57,510 nucleotides of DNA, taken from NCBI GenBank assembly GCA_027604505.1, contig JADIIX010000141.1, positions 1 to 57,510 of the forward strand, written 5' to 3'. Under the pieces are notes generated by a model. The model had not been told where the DNA came from. It was given only the letters and a program-made list of their open reading frames with translations, and searched no databases. Shown one piece after another: positions 54,066 to 57,510 of this stretch; positions within the stretch are counted from its first letter, which is position 1, and each line of letters starts with the position of its first letter. The stretch comes from Gonapodya sp. JEL0774. Its lineage: Eukaryota. The position numbers and the translations under genes are program-made.

Positions 54066-54377
54066 TTTTGGGGGAACAATTGTGTTGTTGAACTTGAGAG
54101 GAGACTGCTGTGCTACTGTAGCAGATATGGTCCCTTCCTGTCCTGAGGCAAAAGAGCAAAAGAGTCGACAGAAAGCGTTGATTGGTCTTCTGCTCTAGCA
54201 AGCAATAGTGACTAGCAAATCAGGCATCTGAGACTTGATCCCCATCGCAGACCTGTCAGATTCAAGCTTAGAAACGCCAAGACACCGAATAGCAAAGGCG
54301 CCTGAATCAGCGAAACTGCACTTTGAACCTTTATTGTATATTGAAACGCTCTAATATATGCTTTCAAAACAAATAAG

Positions 54378-55665
54378 ATGTCTGGCAGTGGAATAAACGA
54401 TGGATTGAACCTCCAGCTGGCAGTGGTGAGCATTCCATGGTTCAATGCTGAACCAACCATCATTCAGTTTGACACCAGTGATTCTACCCTCCCATTGTTC
54501 AGCAAACGGGGATAGTGGAGATGCCACTACTATGGGAAGGTCCTTTGGCCCACTGATGGGGACATTGCCCCCAGATCAAACTGTCGCACAGCCAAACCTG
54601 TTGACATAATGAGTGTCACCAATGCATGGAATCTCCCGCTGGTTGTGGCTGTCCACAAAGTAGCATTGCTTCTCAACAGTCTCGCCAGTGGTTCTTCCAG
54701 ACCACTTGAGATGGCAGCACTCGCCCTGCAAATTGCAGTGGGTGCAAACAGCGCAATCAAGAACACCCAAAAGCTCGTCACAGCCGACCTGTTTCTGCGT
54801 TCAAAATTTGATCCTGCTATGCACAAGATCAATGTGCACCAGCCACACATCTCCATCAACAACGCCCTCCTCCCAATTCGGCAATATGCCAACAGCGCAA
54901 GCAAAGAGCAGATTGTATCTGCACTCGTCAATTGGATGCAACCAAAAATGAGGGGTTGACACTTTATGGGCAGCATACCAACGAATTACTACAACGGTCC
55001 TCCAACCCCATCTCAGCTCCATGACCTCATCTGTTGGATCATGGCAGAGTGCGCGACACCACAGCAGGCCGGGTTCTTTGTCCCCACCAAATTGCATGGC
55101 AACTGGGATATTGACGAGAGCAGCTCCCTGAAGCCATTGGCCGACATTAACAGCAATTGCTGGGGATGGGTGGAAGCTATGTTCACCCACAGCAACCCAC
55201 AATTTCTGGATGCACCACCATCAGACAATTTTGTCAACTTGACTGTCATCCAGTCCATTATTCTCATGATCGGCTACTCAAACAGCACAGAGATCATGCG
55301 CTTGGCCAAGAAGGACCATTGCAAGCTCTGGGACCTTGCCGACTGGATCCACTACTCACCTTTCATCATACCAAAGTCCAACACACCGCTTCAAACACGT
55401 GCCGGGCCACGCGAGTTCGTCGAGAAGCCAAAGGTGTCTGACAAGCGGAATGGCAACTCTTCTGAGGAGGAGAGCGTGGGTTGCAAGCGAAGTGCACTGG
55501 AAATCCACCAGATGCGTGGCAATGGTCCCTCAAATGGGAAGAAAGACAGTAGGAAATCGCCATTTGCTAAGGCTCCTGTGCAAGAGGAGGCACGGGATTA
55601 ACCCTCTCCAGTCACGTGCTTTTGTTGTGGCAGACAGGCCATAGCACGGTAAAATTTCCTTCCAA
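54378..55665 (+). pseudogene. gag-like ORF, inactivated
   Basis: One frame from ATG 54378 through TAG 54513, TGA 54957 and TAA 55599, then VTCFCCG-(frameshift)-GH knuckle remnant. Confidence 0.65.
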
Positions 55666-56849
55666 CATTAAGACTGTAGAGGAGTACCAGGCTAAAAGTA
55701 AGCGTGAGGCTAAGTGAGTAGATCAATACACTTTAGTGTGTAGGTTTCTCTACTGAAGCCGGCTTTAGCACGTATGCATGTAAAATGCACGAGTACTTGA
55801 TACCAATTTTAGCTACTACAAACAAATCACGTGAACAGTTTCATTCGCTCAAACAAAGCATCAGCTGCAATTTAGTTGCTCGGGTTGTTGTGCTGGGGCC
55901 GAGGGCGCATCACATGAGCCTAGTGCGGTGCGGAGAAAACCAGCGCTGTTGCGATCGCAACCATGAGCTGAGTATCAGTCAGAAATAATACTGAAAAACA
56001 CTTGAACAGTTCTCAAGTGGTTCTGGCAGACTTGCTATGGTACAACTGCCCCTTGTGTTAAGTTGAACCAGCGGTAAATTTGTGGGTTTGCACATATATG
56101 CTAGAATGTAGTGACATGCTCGAAAAGCGTGCAGCCCATTTCTTGTAAAGTGTCCAAGGGAGGCTACGGATCCAATGTATGTTGCCAGGGCACAACAATA
56201 GAGCCAAAATTGTTTTCTGCTCTGGCAAGTGATGACAGAACAATGGGACCGTTGCCTTGAATTGCCAATGCAATTGCAGTCCCCCACTGTGGTTTTGGGA
56301 AGTGTCAAGGCAGTGCGTGTGGAGAGCAACCCAGAGGCCCATCAGGAAGAATGCTGGGAGTTCACCTGCTCCAAAGTGCTTGCCCTCATTACTGATTGGT
56401 GGACGGACCCATACACGCTTCAGTCTTGATCATGTTTGTTTTCCACATGTATTCATAGAGCTGATACCATACTTTATTTCTCTTGTTTCGATTAGTAATC
56501 ATATACCTGAAACATTAGCCAGCTTGCACAGCCTAACTGAGGAAGAACGGAGTGCTTCTCAGGTTTGTTATAGGTTTCTAGCTGGGGGGGACTTGGCACC
56601 TGGTTCTGACTTCAACCAATTGTGGACGGCACAATTGAAGTTGTCTGTGGAAAATTCCACACAGAAGAAAGATTCTTTGTGTTCTCTTTGCTAGTGATCC
56701 AGACTCAACTTCAGAGAAAGTTTTGTCTAGGAAGAGTAAATCCAATACCAAACATGACTTTGAAGAGCTCAGACAACAAGCATACAAAAGACTTGTCACT
56801 GGGTCAAACCTCATAAATGTCTTAAAAGGCAAAGAGTGCAGTTTGCTTA

Positions 56850-57343
56850 GTGAAGAAGAAGACCCTGGTGCAGTCTGAGGCTTGCATTACCATAGTTGAT
56901 GTTACAATTGGTGATGATTTTCATCACACCGTCGTTGTACTTGAGGCTTTGACTGATAGTGGTGCATCTGTATCAGCAATTAGCAATGACATGTACTCAA
57001 AATTCCTCAAAGGGAAACCAGAGTACAAGCACCTCAAAAGCCACCCCAATTATTATATTCGGGTTGGTGACAGTCGCACAGTTAAGCCACGAAGGTGAAT
57101 TTGCCTATCAGTGTCAGCAGGCACGGGAAAGTCCACCACTTATTCTATGTATTGGATGGACTCCCCTATGATATTGTTTTGGGTACTGGGTACCTCTGGC
57201 AAACTGGAGCACTAATGAGGTGGTCTGAGAGTTGGATCCAATTCCCAACTAAAGGGGCTCAAATCCATTTAAGACGATATACTCCTGCAATGCCTTTCAA
57301 AGATAAACTTAGGTCTGTCACAATCCAACGAATGTGGTTGTGA
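56850..57343 (+). pseudogene. Retrotransposon aspartic protease, frameshifted near 57095
   Basis: EALTDSGASVSAIS...IRVGDSRTV, then in another frame FYVLDGLPYDIVLGTGYL. Confidence 0.85.
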
Positions 57344-57510
57344 TGATAACCTCCCATACATATACACTATCCAAAGGTGAACGCAAAGCATTTGAAATAT
57401 CAAACTGACGAATCTTCATGTTGTTCTCTGCTGCTGTTGAGATGGATGTTGGGTTGCTTATCTATATTTTCTCTCTGCACACAACTGAGTTTACAAATTA
57501 TGCCCTTCAC

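Larger units (their letters stand above)
52788..57510 (+). mobile_element. Decayed repeat region containing a Ty3/gypsy LTR retrotransposon, truncated by the window end and probably nested
   Basis: gag-like frame from 54378 with stops, degenerate CCHC knuckle near 55617, retropepsin ALTDSGAS...YDIVLG at 56940-57200; CpG-poor; no intron-structured genes. Confidence 0.8.

Noticed and set aside
54957..54959. In-frame TGA between two ORFs as selenocysteine or programmed read-through
   Set aside because: The same frame also has TAG and TAA plus a frameshift, and there is no redox motif. Transposon decay explains it.

Overview
Gene-dense, intron-rich eukaryotic DNA, most consistent with a zoosporic (chytrid/monoblepharid-type) fungus. 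Fungal-type genes (ACO2-type aconitase, RIB4, GH16, Psh1-like E3, HIR3/Cabin1) sit next to a centriole-associated gene (CCDC77). Positions 1-50.5 kb hold about 21 spliced, mostly housekeeping genes with very short intergenic spacers. From 50.8 kb the region is accessory. It contains a minus-strand RNI/NLRC3-like LRR gene built from nine tandem exon+intron cassettes, with one 28-29-aa LRR per 84/87-nt phase-1 exon and two cassettes defective. That gene is cut at about 52.79 kb by CpG-poor repeat DNA containing a decayed Ty3/gypsy element (candidate LTR, gag with Zn knuckle, protease). Best leads: the modular LRR cassette array, a TyrRS with an animal-type EMAP-II domain, a GH16 lacking both catalytic glutamates, a tandem ADF-H protein with a novel 27-aa linker repeat, a PTTG1IP-like PSI membrane protein and an orphan 128-aa gene. 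Gene models were spliced by eye and family calls come from remembered motifs, not searches.
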